Source: Chara braunii (Eukaryota > Plantae > Charophyceae). From it: a stretch of 64,000 nucleotides of DNA. This document shows, in pieces, positions 1-12,793 of this stretch. The notes beneath the pieces are model-generated. The model was not told the origin of the DNA. It ran no database searches and worked only from the letters and a program-made list of their open reading frames with translations. The translations under genes were made by a program, and so were the position numbers. Where the stretch lies: assembly GCA_003427395.1 (NCBI GenBank), contig BFEA01000007.1:6297115-6361114 (forward strand), written 5' to 3'. Each line of letters starts with the position of its first letter. The stretch's first letter is position 1.

Positions 1-55
1 CATGGGAGAGGCAGGTAAAACGACTTTTGCGAATAGGGAAAGATAAGAGGGGATG

Positions 56-56
<1 letters not shown>

Positions 57-111
<55 letters not shown>
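57..111. repeat. (GA)n microsatellite
   Basis: Perfect gagaga run. Confidence 0.95.
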
Positions 112-114
<3 letters not shown>

Positions 115-223
115 TTAATCCTAATCAAGTCTTACCCCTACTTGACCTACCGCCCTACTTGAAGCCTTCCCTTCTATCCGTCACCATACCCAATCCCTTG
201 AACAAGGCGTGGTCCGACCAATA

Positions 224-775
224 AGATGGAGGAAGATGAAGGCGAGGTGGTTGGCTGTGATGGATGAATGAAGAAAGTGGCGATGGGAGGCGAAGTGAGG
301 TGGTTGGCTATGGTGGGATGAATGAAGAAGATGGAGGTGAGAGGTGAAGCGAGGTGGCTGACTATGGTGGATGGATGATGGAGATGGAGGAGGAAGATGA
401 AGTGAGGTGGATGGCTATGATGGAAGGATGAAGAACAAGGGGGTGGGAGATGAAGTGAGGTGGCTGGCTATGGTGGATGGATGATGGGGATGGAGGAGGA
501 AGATGAAGTGAGGTGGATGACTATGGAGGATGAAGAAGATGGTGGTGGAAGATGGAGTGAGGTAGAGGCTATGGTGGATAGATGAAGAAGATGGAGGTGG
601 GAGGTGATGTGAGGTGACTCGCTATGGTGGATGTATGACGGAGATGGGGGAGGAGGATGAAGTGAGGTGGATGACTATGGTGGATGGACGAAGAAGAAGG
701 GGGTGGGAAGTGATGTGAGGTGGCTGGCTATGTTGGATGGATGATGGAGATGGAGGAGGAGAATGACGTGAAGGT
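224..775. repeat. Degenerate purine-rich tandem repeat, ~55-bp unit
   Basis: About ten recurrences of gaggtggctggctatggtggatg...gatggaggaggaagatgaagt. Confidence 0.85.
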
Positions 776-1654
776 GGTCCGGTACCCCTCCTATTTCCCC
801 AAGTGCGGGCCCCGCCTTTCCGAGAGTTGCCCCGTACTCCGGATCGTCAGAAAACCCAGTCTTAAAGAAAACAGACTTGCACAGATACAAAAAAATAGAT
901 TTGCACAGTACACAGATTGCATAAAAAATTTACAGATTTTGGTCGCTTTTCCTGGAGAAGGGAGAGCCAAAAAATACAGATTTGCATTCGGCGGCCCGGA
1001 CGGTGTCGGATGCCCACGTAGCTCGATGGGCCCTTTGTTTATACCCTATGGAAGACCCCCATAAAGTTTGGTTGGATTCCGTCGTCGGTTGCCCCAACTT
1101 GCCTTTTTTGGGCATCGCCTGAGGCTCTAAGCGAACAGTTCGGGGAAGTCCATTTTCCGCTTTTGTAGGAAAACGGACTCAGATGGCCTGCAGATTTTGC
1201 AGGCCATCTCTCTCTATGCCTATGATATGAGGTCTGTGAAGTAACAACCCTCATACCCCTATTTTTGGTGGAGTTGGCTACCGGTTTCCCGGACCACACC
1301 GGCGCCTTAGCCTCTTCCGCACCGGCCTTTGCTTCGGGGGACCAGCTAACGGTTCTCAGTAGCAGCAGCAGCCCGGCTTGGCCACACATCAACAGGAGCA
1401 ACAGCAGAGCCTTCCTTACTAGCAGCAGCATCCGCAATAGCAGTAGCAGCAGTAGTAACAACCCTCTGCCTACCTTCCTTTTACCTCGTTCGATTAGAGC
1501 ACGGGGGGGGGGGGGGGGGNNNNNNNNNNNNNNNNNNNNNNNNNNNNNNNNNNNNNNNNNNNNNGCAAAATCGGGATTCAAATAGAGCACGGGGGAGGCG
1601 AACTACTGCAAACGCAGTGCCTGTCATGCTTATGCAGCAAAGAAGAGTATCCAT

Positions 1655-4490
1655 GGATGAACCGGGATATTGCTAAATGGGAGATGAGTGACCTGAATAG
1701 TGTGACAGACTATAACATACATATGCAGCTATTGAGGCAACAAGGATTGATCTGGAACATCACCAAGTGGAAGATGAGTGAACTGCACAAGTGTGACTTA
1801 GACTAAACATACATATGAAGCTATGAAAGCAACAAGACTAAACTGGAACATTACCAAGTGGAGGATGAGTGATCTGCACAAGTGTGACTAAGACTACACA
1901 TACACATGGAAGCAACTAGGATTGCACTGGAACATTACCAAGTAGAAGACGAGTGAACTGCGCAAGTGTGATTAGACCACCCATACACATGAATCTATGG
2001 AAGCAACAAGGATTGAACCGGAACATCACCAAGTGGAAGATGGGTGAACTGCACATGTGTGACAAGACTACACATACACATAAAGCTACGGAAACAACTA
2101 GGATTGAACCGCAACATCACTAAGTGAAAGATGCGTGAACTGCACAAGTGTGACTATACTACATATACACATGAGATTATGGAACCAACAAGGATTGAAC
2201 CTTCACATCACCAAGTGGAACATGAGTGAACTGCACAAGTGTGACTGGGCTACACATATATATGAAGTCATGGAAACAACTAGGATTGAACCGGAACATT
2301 ACCCAGTGGAAGATGAGTGAACTGCATAAGTGTGACTAGACTACACATACACATGAAGCTATGAAAGCAACAAGGATTGAACCGACACATTACCAAACGG
2401 AAGATGGGTGAATTGCAGAAGTGTGACTAGAGTACGCATACACATGAAGCCATGAAAGCAACTAGGATTGCACCGGAACATCACCAAGTGAAGGATGAGT
2501 TAACTGCACAAGTGTGACTAGACTACACATACACATGAAGCTATGAAAACAACAAGGATTGAACTGAAATATTATCAAGTGGAGGATGAGTGAACTGCAG
2601 AAGTATGACTAGGTACACATACACATGAAGCTATAAAAGCAACAAGGATTGAACGGACACAATACCAAATGGAAGATGGGTGAACTGCACAAGTGTGACT
2701 AGACTACACATACACATGAAGCCATGGAAGCAACTAGGATTGCACCGGGGCATTACCAAGTGGAGGATGAGTGAACGGCACAAGTGTGATTAGACTACAC
2801 ATACACATAAACCGATGAAAGCAACAAGGGTTAAACCGAAACATTATCAAGTGAAAGATGCGTGAAATACACAAGTATGACTAGACCACACATACACACG
2901 AAGCCATGAAAGCAACTAGAATTGAACCGGAACGTTAGCAAGTGAAGAGGAGTGAATTGCAAAAGTGTGACTAGACTACACATACACAATAAGCTATGGA
3001 AGCAACAAGGATTGAACCGGCACATCAACAAGTGGAAGATGAGTAAACTGCACAAGTATGACAAGACTAAACATGCACATGAAGCCATTGAGGCAAGTAG
3101 GATTGAACTGGAACATTAGCAAGTGAAAAATGAGTGGACTGCACAAATGTGACTAAACTACACAAACACACACATGAAGCTATGAAAGCAACAAGGATTA
3201 AACTTACAGATTACCAACTGGAATATGAGTGAACTGCACAAGTGTGACTAGACTACACATACATATGAAGCCAAGGAAGCAACAAGGATTGAACCGGAAT
3301 ATTACCAAGTGGAGGATGAGTGAACCGCATAAGTGTGCCTAGACTGAATATACGCATGAAGTTATGGAAGCAACAAGGGTTGAACCGGAACATCACCAAG
3401 TGAGAGATGAGTGAACTGCACAAGTGTGACAAACTACACATACACATGAAGCCAAGGAAGCAACAAGGATTGAACCGAAAAATCACCGAGCGAAAGATCA
3501 GTGAACTGCACAAGTGTGACTAGACTACACATACACATGAATCTTTGGAAGCCTGAACAGACACATCACCAAATGGAAAATGAGTGAACTGCACAACAGT
3601 GACCAGACTACACATACACATGAAACCATGGAAGAAACTAGGATTGAACCGGAACATTACCAAGTGAAAGAGGAGTGAACTTCATAAGTGTGACTAGACT
3701 ACACATATACATGAAGCTATGAAAGCAACAAGGATTTAACCGGCACATTACCAAGTGGACGATGAGTGGAGTACACAAGTGTGACTAGACTACACATACG
3801 CATGAAGTCATGAGTGCAACAAGGATTGAACCCGAACATCACAAAGTGGAAGATGGGTAAACTTCATAAGTGTGACTAATCTACATAGACACATGAAGCT
3901 ATGTAAGCAATAAGGATTGAACCGGAACATCACCGAGTGAGAGATAGGTGAATTGCACAAGTGTGTCTAGACTAAACATACACATGAAACCATGAAAGCA
4001 ACTAGGATTGAACCGGAACATTACCAAGTGAAAGAGGAGTGAACTGCACAAGTGTGACTAGACTACACATACACATGAAGCTATGGAAGCAACAATGATT
4101 CAACCGACACATTACCAAGTAGAAGATGATTGAACTGCATAAGTGTGACAAGACTACATATACACATGAAGCCATAAAAACACCTATGATTGACCGGAAC
4201 ATCACCAAGTGGAACATGATTGAACTGCACAAGTGTGTCTACACACACATGAAGCTATGAAAGCAACAAGGATTGAACCGGAACATGACAAAGTGGGAGA
4301 TGGGTGAACTGCACAAGTATGACTATACTACACATACACATGAAGCCAAGGAAACAACAAGGATTGAACAGGAACATTGCGAAGTGGAGGATGAGTGAAC
4401 TGCACAAGTTTGACTAGACTACACATACACATGAAGCTATGAAAGCAACAAGGATTGGACCAGAACATCACCAAGTGAGAGATGATTGAT
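1655..4490. repeat. ~91-bp tandem satellite, about 30 copies
   Basis: Unit caaggattgaaccggaacatcaccaagtggaagatgagtgaactgcacaagtgtgactagactacacatacacatgaagctatggaagcaa recurs with ~91-bp spacing (e.g. 2007, 2098). The length is not a multiple of 3, so ORFs here are artefacts. Confidence 0.95.
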
Positions 4491-4984
4491 GCATGTGAGT
4501 AAAACTTAAAGACATGCAAGGTATTCAAGGAAGCATCATTTTGTGAGAGATGAGGCATGCATGTGAGTGAGACTTGCTCAAATACCTGCAAGGAACTCAA
4601 GGAAGCAACAAGATTGAAATCAATCATCATCATGTGAGAGAAACGCCATGTATGTGGGTGAGACTAGCTCAAACACTTTCATGGGACTCATGAAAGCAAC
4701 CAAGATTAAAACGGATCATCACAAAGTGGGGAAATGGACGATGCAAGAGGCAAGGATTACCAAAATACTAACATGAGTGAAAACCAAAGTAACGATTTCT
4801 ACCTAAGTGACGAGAGAAAGAGATAGTGAGGTGAGAGTGATTAAAACTGACTTTCGGGTCTGAAATCACCTGGAACAAAGTGACGATTTGTTAGGAAGTG
4901 AAGGAAATGGCTAATGTGTAGACGCTACTAATGGAGGAGCTTCTTCCCATCTTTTTTCTGTATTTGGGAAGCTTTAGTTTTGGA

Positions 4985-5093
4985 GGGAGAAAGAAAGTGA
5001 GGAGAGAGGAGAGAGGAGAGAGGAACAAATTAGAGGAGGAGGAGAAGAAGAAGAGGAAGAAGAAAAAAAAAAAGAATGAGAAGAAGAGGAAAA

Positions 5094-5164
<71 letters not shown>

Positions 5165-5165
5165 A
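4985..5165. repeat. Polypurine / poly(A) low-complexity tract
   Basis: GA-rich stretch followed by long A runs. Confidence 0.9.
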
Positions 5166-5764
5166 GGAGCACTCCTTCCTGTTCCAACTCACCTCCTTTG
5201 GTCTCTTGATGTTGAAGGTCAGTCTTGATGAAACTCTCACTCTCCTTGCACATGCGTTGCCCCAACTATGACTTTCTTCTTCCTCAAACCCTCATCTCCC
5301 TCCTCTTTCAGTCTCTCCCTGGCTATGGCAAACTCCCACTGCCAAGACTATAGAGTCCTCCCCTCTAGGAGGGTTAAATGCGCTCCTCCAAACCTCTCTC
5401 TCTCTCCCACAGCCTAGTGGCTATAGTGGACCACCTCCTTGGGTCAGCATCAGTCTCACTAGCTCCAATGACCACTCTCACTAGCCTACAGTCTCCTCCA
5501 AAACTCCAAACTGACAGCGGTTCCCCTCCTCTCATTCCAAGTGAGTAGAGTGCTCTCATGAGCTCACTTGAGCAGCATGAACACTCCTCGTGCAAATGTG
5601 AGTGTGGTGGACTGTTCCGTCAGCTTATGTAGGTTGAAACCAGCATACTGGTCAGCTCATGGACCTCTCCATGTGCCTCAACGTGAACCGAGGTACCCAC
5701 ATGGCCAAGTTTTACCACCAGGCCACTCTGGGGGCATACAAGCCTCATTTTGGCTAAGTACATG
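5166..5764 (-). pseudogene. Decayed ORF of unknown function (3' part), split by the nested insertion; 5' part lies at 28766-28830
   Basis: Removing 5765-28765 restores a continuous frame MQKRLEEAHGAV*VGTNQSDF|MYLAKMRLVCPQSGLVVKLGHVG...RVVIGASETDADPRRWSTIATRLWERE. A few stops and one frameshift in a GA run. Confidence 0.5.
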
Positions 5765-7569
5765 CTATGAATCCCCCCCGGAGGCGGCCATGTGCGGCCT
5801 AGGCCGCGGTCTGCGACCATGAAAAAAAAAACAAAAAAAACAAAGAATTCAAAAAATTCTGAAAAACAAAAATGTTATGCAAAACATATACTAAACAACT
5901 TTTGCCTTGGGGTCATATCCAACTACTTTACTGAATTTCAAATAAAAAAACACATAAGTTTCATAATATTTTTTTGAAAAAAAAAAAAAAAAACAGTTTT
6001 TGCCTCAGGAAAATTAGTTTTTGAATTTTTAAAATTTGAAGACGAAGTCAAAAAATAGAATAACAAATTGTGCAATTTAGATCTCGAAAAGATCTACAAC
6101 CCTATATTTTTTGTCTTTTTTTTTTAGAATTTTTTTAAATCTAAACAAATCCCTGAAAGTCACGGCCGCACCCAACCGCGGCCTGAGCCGCGGCTATCGT
6201 GATCACGGCCGCCCTCCGAGCTCGACCCCGGGGACGTGTTGTAGGGCGGCTGCCTACCAGCCGAATGCACCCTCTTACCAATTTTTCTTGGTCCTGCACT
6301 TCTTTTGTGTGGATGCATGTGACTGTGTGGCCTTGGGGTGTGCTTGAGTTGCTAGGTCCCCTTACTAACCTCTAGACGAACAAGGGTGACAACTTGGAAG
6401 GAGCTCGCAAGCAGGGGCAGGCGCGGACGGGAGGATCAGAGAATCCCAAGGGTCAGTCAAGGAAGGGGGGAAAAGCGACCAGCTTTTATCCAAAGTCCAA
6501 TTCCAGGGCGGTGGTGTGGGACCACGGTTCGACCTCTATCATTGTCGAGCAGGATGATTCGGTGACCGATATGGTGTGATCACCATGACACCCCTTCATA
6601 AGTTCAACATAATGATCGGTATGAGGACTGGCTCATCGTCCTTGGCGTTAATGGCTCCTGCGACCATACTTGTGGGGCGAGTAATTCAAAGTGACTAGCT
6701 TCGGTACTCAGATTGATTGACTTCTGGGCACCATTCAACATATGGTGGGCTGGCGTGGCGGTGGATCCTCTCCTGCCCCAACGATCTAAGACATGGTGCT
6801 AGGTGCCTGTGGCTTTGGGAAAAGGGGTCCCACGTTGTAAGCGCCGACAACTTCGCAAGGAATAAGGGCGGGGCGACTACTCAAGTCAGAAAAATTCGAC
6901 CCAAAAAGAGACGAATGGTCGATGGGCCGGATTGCGGTGGGGAATGCTGCGCCCCTCAAACGACTACACGCCAGATAGCAGCATTGCAGTGGTGGGGCCG
7001 GGCATAGTCGATGAAGGCGCCTTGAGGAAGCCGGTTCAAATTTCCGGCAAGGAGGGCAGCCCAGTGCGCACCGACCAAGGTCATCCAAAATAAAATGGTA
7101 GATGAGTGATGACAATCTCGGTGGACTGAACGTCGCCCCTGCTGTCTGACAAGAGCCTCTGATAAGAAAAAAAAAAAGGGGGGGCCCGAGCAAGGAAGAA
7201 TCTAAGCGACTGATCTTAGGAGAGACTAAGGGAAACTAGGATTGACGAATGAAGAGGGTAGGAGGAGGCCGCGAATGATGACGCATCTCGGGCAGGTACC
7301 ATTGTCGGCCAAGAGTAAACCAAGATGGATCGGATAAGCTCACATGACCGATAATGACTGATCCGCAGCCTTTACGATTGACCAAGGAATGAGATGAGAG
7401 CGAAGGGAGGGGATGAATTGTGTTGCCACAACAAGGATATAGTTGAGTTCTTGGAGGTACTCCTCGTAACAGTTCCGATCAGAGGAAAGCAAGAGGGACT
7501 GGGGCCCGAGGTAGTGGAAGCTGAACGGACGAGAGAAAGCGGGAGCGAGAGACGTCCAGGGATGCTGTG

Positions 7570-8020
7570 CAAGGACGGGTGACTTTGATCCCAGAGTCCA
7601 CGAAGGAGAGCTTGTGATTGGGAAGAGAAAATCAGGGCGGTAAACTTGGAAAATTTTGAGATTTTCGGGAGAAAGAAACGTCCAGGGAGACTGCGCGAGG
7701 GCGAGTGACTTTAATCCCTGAATCCGCGAAGAGGAGCTTGTGATTGGGAAGAGAAAATCAGGGCGTGGAACTTGGAAAATTTTGAGATTTTCGGGAGCAA
7801 GAAACCTCCAAGGAGACAGCAAGAGGGCGAGCGACTTTAATCCCAGAATCCTCGAAGAAGAGCTTGTGATTGAGAAGAGAAAATCAGGGCGGGAAACAGG
7901 GAAAATTTTGAGATTTTCGGGAGCAAGAAATGTTCAGGTAGAATGCGCGAGCACAAATGGCTTCAGTCCTAGAGTCCACAGAGCAGGAAACTTAGGAAAT
8001 TTGAGATTTTCGGAACTCAC
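7570..8020. repeat. 126-bp tandem repeat in 5' LTR (about 3 copies)
   Basis: gagcttgtgattgggaagagaaaatcagggcg...aaattttgagattttcggg at ~7607, 7734, 7860. Confidence 0.9.
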
Positions 8021-8284
8021 ATGGCATGGACGAAGGAAAAAGAGAGAGTGGGAAACGTCCAGGGGAGCTGCGGGCGGGGACACTCGACTTCGATCCTAGC
8101 AACTGGAAAAGAGAGCTTGTGATTGGAAGGAAATTTCAAGGCGGGAATAATTTCGAAAGTGCTCATGTAGCTCGGGAGGTGGGGCTCGGCCCGTGGTTTG
8201 AAGGGGGGAAAGGAGTATAAAAGTGAAGGAAAGAAGGGCGAAAAAAGAGGGGGGGGGGGGGAAGAAAGAAAGAGGAAGAGAAGG

Positions 8285-9130
8285 GAAGAGCGAACGTAGA
8301 CGGCGTCCGCATAAGAGCGCTCGAGTGGAGTGCACGAGTGCGAGCTGGGGTGGGCCTTCGGTTGCGCTAAAGATCGACTCAGGCCAGAGAGAGCACAGGG
8401 GAAAAGAGAGAGACAAAAAAGAGAGAGAGGGGGGAAGGAGAGAGGGGCGAAGAAGAAGAGAAAGATCGGGCGAACGTAGTCGGCGTCCGCAGAAGAGCGC
8501 TCGAGTGGAGTGCACGAGCGCGGATTGGGGTGGGCCTTCAGTAGCGCTTGAGATCGACTCAGGCCAGAGAGAGCACAGGGAAGAGAGAGACGAAAAAGAG
8601 AGATATGAAAAAGAGAGAGACGAAAAAGAGAGAGAGAGGGGAAGGAGAGAGGGGCGAAAAAGAAAAGAAAGATCTGGCGAACGTAGACGGCGTCCGCAGA
8701 AGAGCGCTCGAGTGGAGTGCACGCTCGCGGACTGGGGTGGGCCTTCGGTAGCGCTTGAGATCGACTCAGGCCAGAGAGAGCAGAGGGGAAGAGCGACGAA
8801 AAAGAGAGAGAGAGGGGAAGGAGAGAGGGGCGAAGAAGAAAATAAAGATTGGGCGAACGTAGACGGCGTCCGCAGAAGAGCGCTCGAGTGGAGCGCACGA
8901 CCGCGAGCTGGGGTGGGCCTTCGGTAGCGCTTGAGATTGACTCAGGCCAGAGAGAGCATAGGGGAAGAAAGACGAAAAAGAGATAGCGAGCGGAAGGAGA
9001 GAGGGGCGAAGAAGAAAAGAAAGATCGGGCGAACATGCGCGGCGTCCACAGAAGAGCGCTCGAGTTGAGTGCACGCGCGCGAACTGGGGTAGGCCTTCGG
9101 TAGCGCTTGATATCGACTCGGGTCCGAGAG
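8285..9130. repeat. ~178-bp tandem repeat in 5' LTR (5 copies): GC-rich core plus purine tract
   Basis: gaacgtagacggcgtccgcagaagagcgctcgagtggagtgcac...gatcgactcaggcca at ~8292, 8472, 8679, 8855, 9030. Confidence 0.92.
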
Positions 9131-11029
9131 AGTGGGTAGGAGGGGACACAGAAAGGGAGAGAAAGGAGAAGGAGACAACGGTGAAGAAAGGAAGCGGTCC
9201 TAGCCACCTACGGAGGAAGTAAGGGGCAAAAGTCGGCTAGCTCGAAGGTGGGCAAGACTGGCGCAAAAAGCTTGGGGAAGACGAGCGGCGCTCATGACTC
9301 TTGGAGTAGTTAAACGGAAAACGGGTGGGCCAAGGGATAGCCCGACAGCAGTTCGAGAGCTCTATGGGAGTCCGCAGTAACCAGGCGGCTCGACGAAGCT
9401 CACCGACAGTCGGGACAGCTTACGAAGGGGTACAGTCGGCTCACGCTGGGGAAAAAGCCCGGAACTTGTGAGAAGGTCATCGGTTGAGCTCCGGCGCCGA
9501 GGTAATGTGTAGTGATAAGGGGAGCCAAGAACGGCTGTACTGGCAATCGAGAAAGAGGAAGAGAAGGGGGGGAACCACCTGGACAAGGGCTCCGGCCTGC
9601 TACATCAGAGATAGGGGGGTCTTGATTTCAAGCAGTACTATCGGCCAAAGGAGGACTAGTGCACGACAAAGCTCGACCAAGAAGGAGAAGCAATTTCGGG
9701 AGATCGAGCAGGTGGAGTCGTCACGAGGTCGTTCAGGGCGCATCCGAGGTTGACATTCCAGCGACTATAGACAATGACAAGGTGTGGCTATGAGTCAAGG
9801 CTTGGAACCATATTTTCCTCGAGCAGGAGAGAACGGCAGCCTCAGGCCACGCTGGCATCCTCAACAGAAGCACTGGATCTTGACAGACAAAAGTGTGCCA
9901 CTCAGGCGTTGGGTCTTTTGTTTGAACACTGGCCGTCAAAAATATCGGGTCACTTACCTTCCACCTTTAGCTGTGAGCCTAGGACAGGGAGCATTAGAAA
10001 AGGCTCGTGCGTGAGAGAAAGGAAGAGAGACAAAAAGAGAGAGGGAGAGAAGGGAGAGGGAAAAAAAGGGAGAGAGGAAGCGAGAAGGGTCATATGGTCG
10101 ACTTGTTCGGGTGCATTGGTTCCCGCTGGCGATACCGACTGGGTGCCTCGTCAAAGCTGGTAGTCGCTGTGTGGGCACCAGGCGCTGAGGAGGGGGAGGA
10201 ACTCTAGAGACATAAGTTGGTAGTGGCGAGAGAGCACCAACATTGAGACTCGAATTCAGAGCTTTCATTATCAGTCTCCAATAGGCACTTCCGAGAGGTA
10301 GTCAGCACTGCTTTGTCGTGCATGCGAGAGAAAGAGAGAGAAAGAGAGAGAGAGGGAGAGAGTGGAAGAGAGAGAGAAATAAAAGAAGAGGGAGGGGGGT
10401 TGAAAGAGAAAGATAGCGAAGAGAGCCGCATGGCCAACTCCTTAAGGTGCCGCTGATACCGACAGAGGGCTTTGTCAATTCGAAAGCTAGTAGTTGTTGT
10501 GTGGTCGTAATCTGGGCGCCGAGCGCCGAAGGGGGGGAAGGACCCTCGAGACGTGAGTTGATAATGGCAAGAGTGCGCTCGCATTGAAACTGATACATTG
10601 CTTGTTTTCTTTCTTTCTTGATTGGTGTCTTTCCTCGTTCTAGTCAGCACTGTTTTTCCCGGCTCACAGATCGTCGTGTACGTATATGTGTGAGAGAGAA
10701 AGAGAGGAAAAGAGAGAGAGGGGAAGAGAAAGGGGGAAAGAGAGGGGAGGGGAAGGCCGCAGACCTCCCCTGGCTCGGCATGGTCCGTGCCCAGACTCAT
10801 TCCTTTTTTTTCAGATTGTTCGCAGCACCGTTGGTTTTGCGTTGTCGGACCGTTGGGCCTGATACTGCCTGGCTCTCCTTGTCAAAGTGAGGATCGGGCC
10901 CGACACAACCAAAAGGGACAATTAGGGATTCGCTCAGGGCTAGTAACTGCTATAGAATTAAGAGAGAATTAAAGGAGAAAACCCGCTGGTAACCGAAGCC
11001 AGGTGTGAGAGCCCCCTTAGGAGACAAAG

Positions 11030-11047
11030 TGGCGCCGTTGCCAGGGA
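11030..11047 (+). promoter_or_regulatory. Primer-binding site complementary to tRNA-Asp 3' end
   Basis: tggcgccgttgccaggga, 3 nt after the LTR's CA. Matches the TGGCGCCGTTGCCGGGGA PBS known from Athila-type gypsy elements. Confidence 0.92.
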
Positions 11048-11559
11048 CGAGCTTTCTTCCGTGACCTCAGCCGGCTCTAGGACTGCGGTGTGAGGGAGGA
11101 CGAGCGTGACAGGTGGTGGAGGGCGTGCCTGTGGTTCGGCGATCCTTTCTTCGACAGTTTTGGTTCCGGCGTCGACTTTTTCGACGCCTTTGTATCGGCT
11201 TCGTTTTCCTTCGGCAGTTTCGGCTTTGGCATCGACTTTTTCAACGGCTTTTTCGGCATCGACTTTTCGGCGTTTTTGCGGCCACGAAAATCCTCGATTG
11301 GGGTCTTGTTTTCCGTGCGGGAGGGGTTGCCGGGTTGGGGGTGAGGGACTTGGGGTGTCGGATTCTCTTGGTTTTGCAGGTCCGCGCGGGCCCTGCTTGC
11401 AACTTCGGCCTCGCTTACACCTTCCAAAAATCCAGGTCTGGGAGGTGTGATTTTTTTTATTTTTATTTTTTTAAATCCGCAAATTAAGAGGGTGAAACAG
11501 TTTGCTTGTGGGGTTTGAATGAGGGTTAAAAATAATCAAGGGAGGGGAAGAAGAGCCGT

Positions 11560-12130
11560 ACGGGAAAATTGTGTGAGTGGGTCCACGCGTGGGCAAGGAG
11601 GAGTGGACGCTAGGAGGAGACAGGAAAGGGGGGTTCGAGAGTGTCCTAGGACGCCGTCGGTTTGGGATCCGAGAGGGTTGGTTCAAAGGGAGAGGGGTTT
11701 GCCGAATATCCTGGACCCACACGGGTTATGGACGTCACCCGCACGGGACGAAACTCCCGCAAGGGAACGGGCTTCTCGAGAGGGGGCTAGGTTTTCGGTT
11801 TAGCCACGGGAAAATTGTGTAGTGGGTCCGCGCGTGGGGAAGGAGGCGTGGACGCTAGGGGGATATAGGAAAGGGGGCTTCGAGAGGGTCCTGGGACACC
11901 GTCGGTTTGGGATCCAAGAGGGTTGGTTCAAAGGGAGAAGGGTTTGCCGAGTATCCTCGACCCACACGGGTTGTGGACGTCACCCGCACGGAACGAAACT
12001 CCCGCAAGGGAACGGGCTTCTCGAGAGGGGGCTGGGTTTTCGGTTCTCGACCCTCGCGGTTTGTGGACGGGATCCGCGCGGGACGCGACTCCCGCGAGGG
12101 AGCGGAATTCTCAAGCAGGTGTTGTCCAGG
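11560..12130 (+). repeat. Duplicated (~245 bp) hairpin-rich leader segment
   Basis: cgggaaaattgtgt...gggtcc.cgcgtggg at ~11560 and ~11806. The ggacg..acccgcacgg.acgaaactcccgcaaggga module occurs three times. Confidence 0.85.
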
Positions 12131-12793
12131 ACTTGGGGGCGAGAAGGGTAGTGCTTCGAGTTCCGAGGCAAAGGGTCGAGGGAACTCCGACCGTCGTTGA
12201 GAACGAGAGGGGTAGAGGGCTACTTCGGGAAGAAGAGAGGAGAGATACGTGGGGCGCCTTGGATGAGGAATCGAAGGCCGAGTCCTGGGTGGACCAGTAT
12301 CTAGCCGATTTCTCGGACTCGGATCTCGGGGACTACTGGGACTACGAAAACGAATTCTAAAAAGGTCGAAGACTACAAGGTACGTATTTAAAGTGGCCAA
12401 ACCTGAGAGACTCTCTTTCTAAAAGTTCTAACTCCCCACCCTTTTTTTTGTGAAGACCCTGATTAAATTCTCTGATTCTGAGAAAGAAAAGAGTCAGATG
12501 GAGGCGAATAAGAAGAAGGGAACGAAGTGAGAACAGTTCACGATACAAGGAGGAGAATGAGAGGGAGTAGACAGGCTAGTGATCATTGATTGATAGGCGG
12601 ATAAAGTCCCGGAACCTGGGTAATTCCAGGCTCGAGGTGGGCCGAGTAGGGGCGTGGTACCGGAAAGGCTAACTTAGGGCTAGAGGTTGGTTCAGTGGGG
12701 GACGTAGGGCACTGGTGTGTGACTTCGGTCCAACACTGGGGAGGGGGTTGCCAGCCTTCTTCGGGGATAACTTGTGTTCGCGGCTAGTGATCA

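Larger units (their letters stand above)
6240..11026 (+). repeat. 5' LTR (~4.8 kb)
   Basis: Starts tgtagggcggctgcc, ends gagcccccttaggagaca just before the PBS. Colinear with 23134-28736. Confidence 0.88.

Noticed and set aside
1494-1595. tagagcacgggg repeated on both sides of an N gap
   Set aside because: Likely a scaffolding overlap around a poly-G run.
1655-4490. CRISPR array or Cys-rich repeat proteins
   Set aside because: Units are contiguous with no unique spacers, there are no cas genes, and the 91-bp period breaks frame.
8017-9207. Long ORFs (e.g. 396 aa) over the LTR arrays, also at 25111-26913
   Set aside because: Low-complexity translations of GA-rich tandem repeats, open in several frames.
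11923-12360. 145-aa ORF with an acidic/aromatic tail as a seventh accessory gene
   Set aside because: No ATG start and mostly spans leader repeats. Only the tail looks protein-like.
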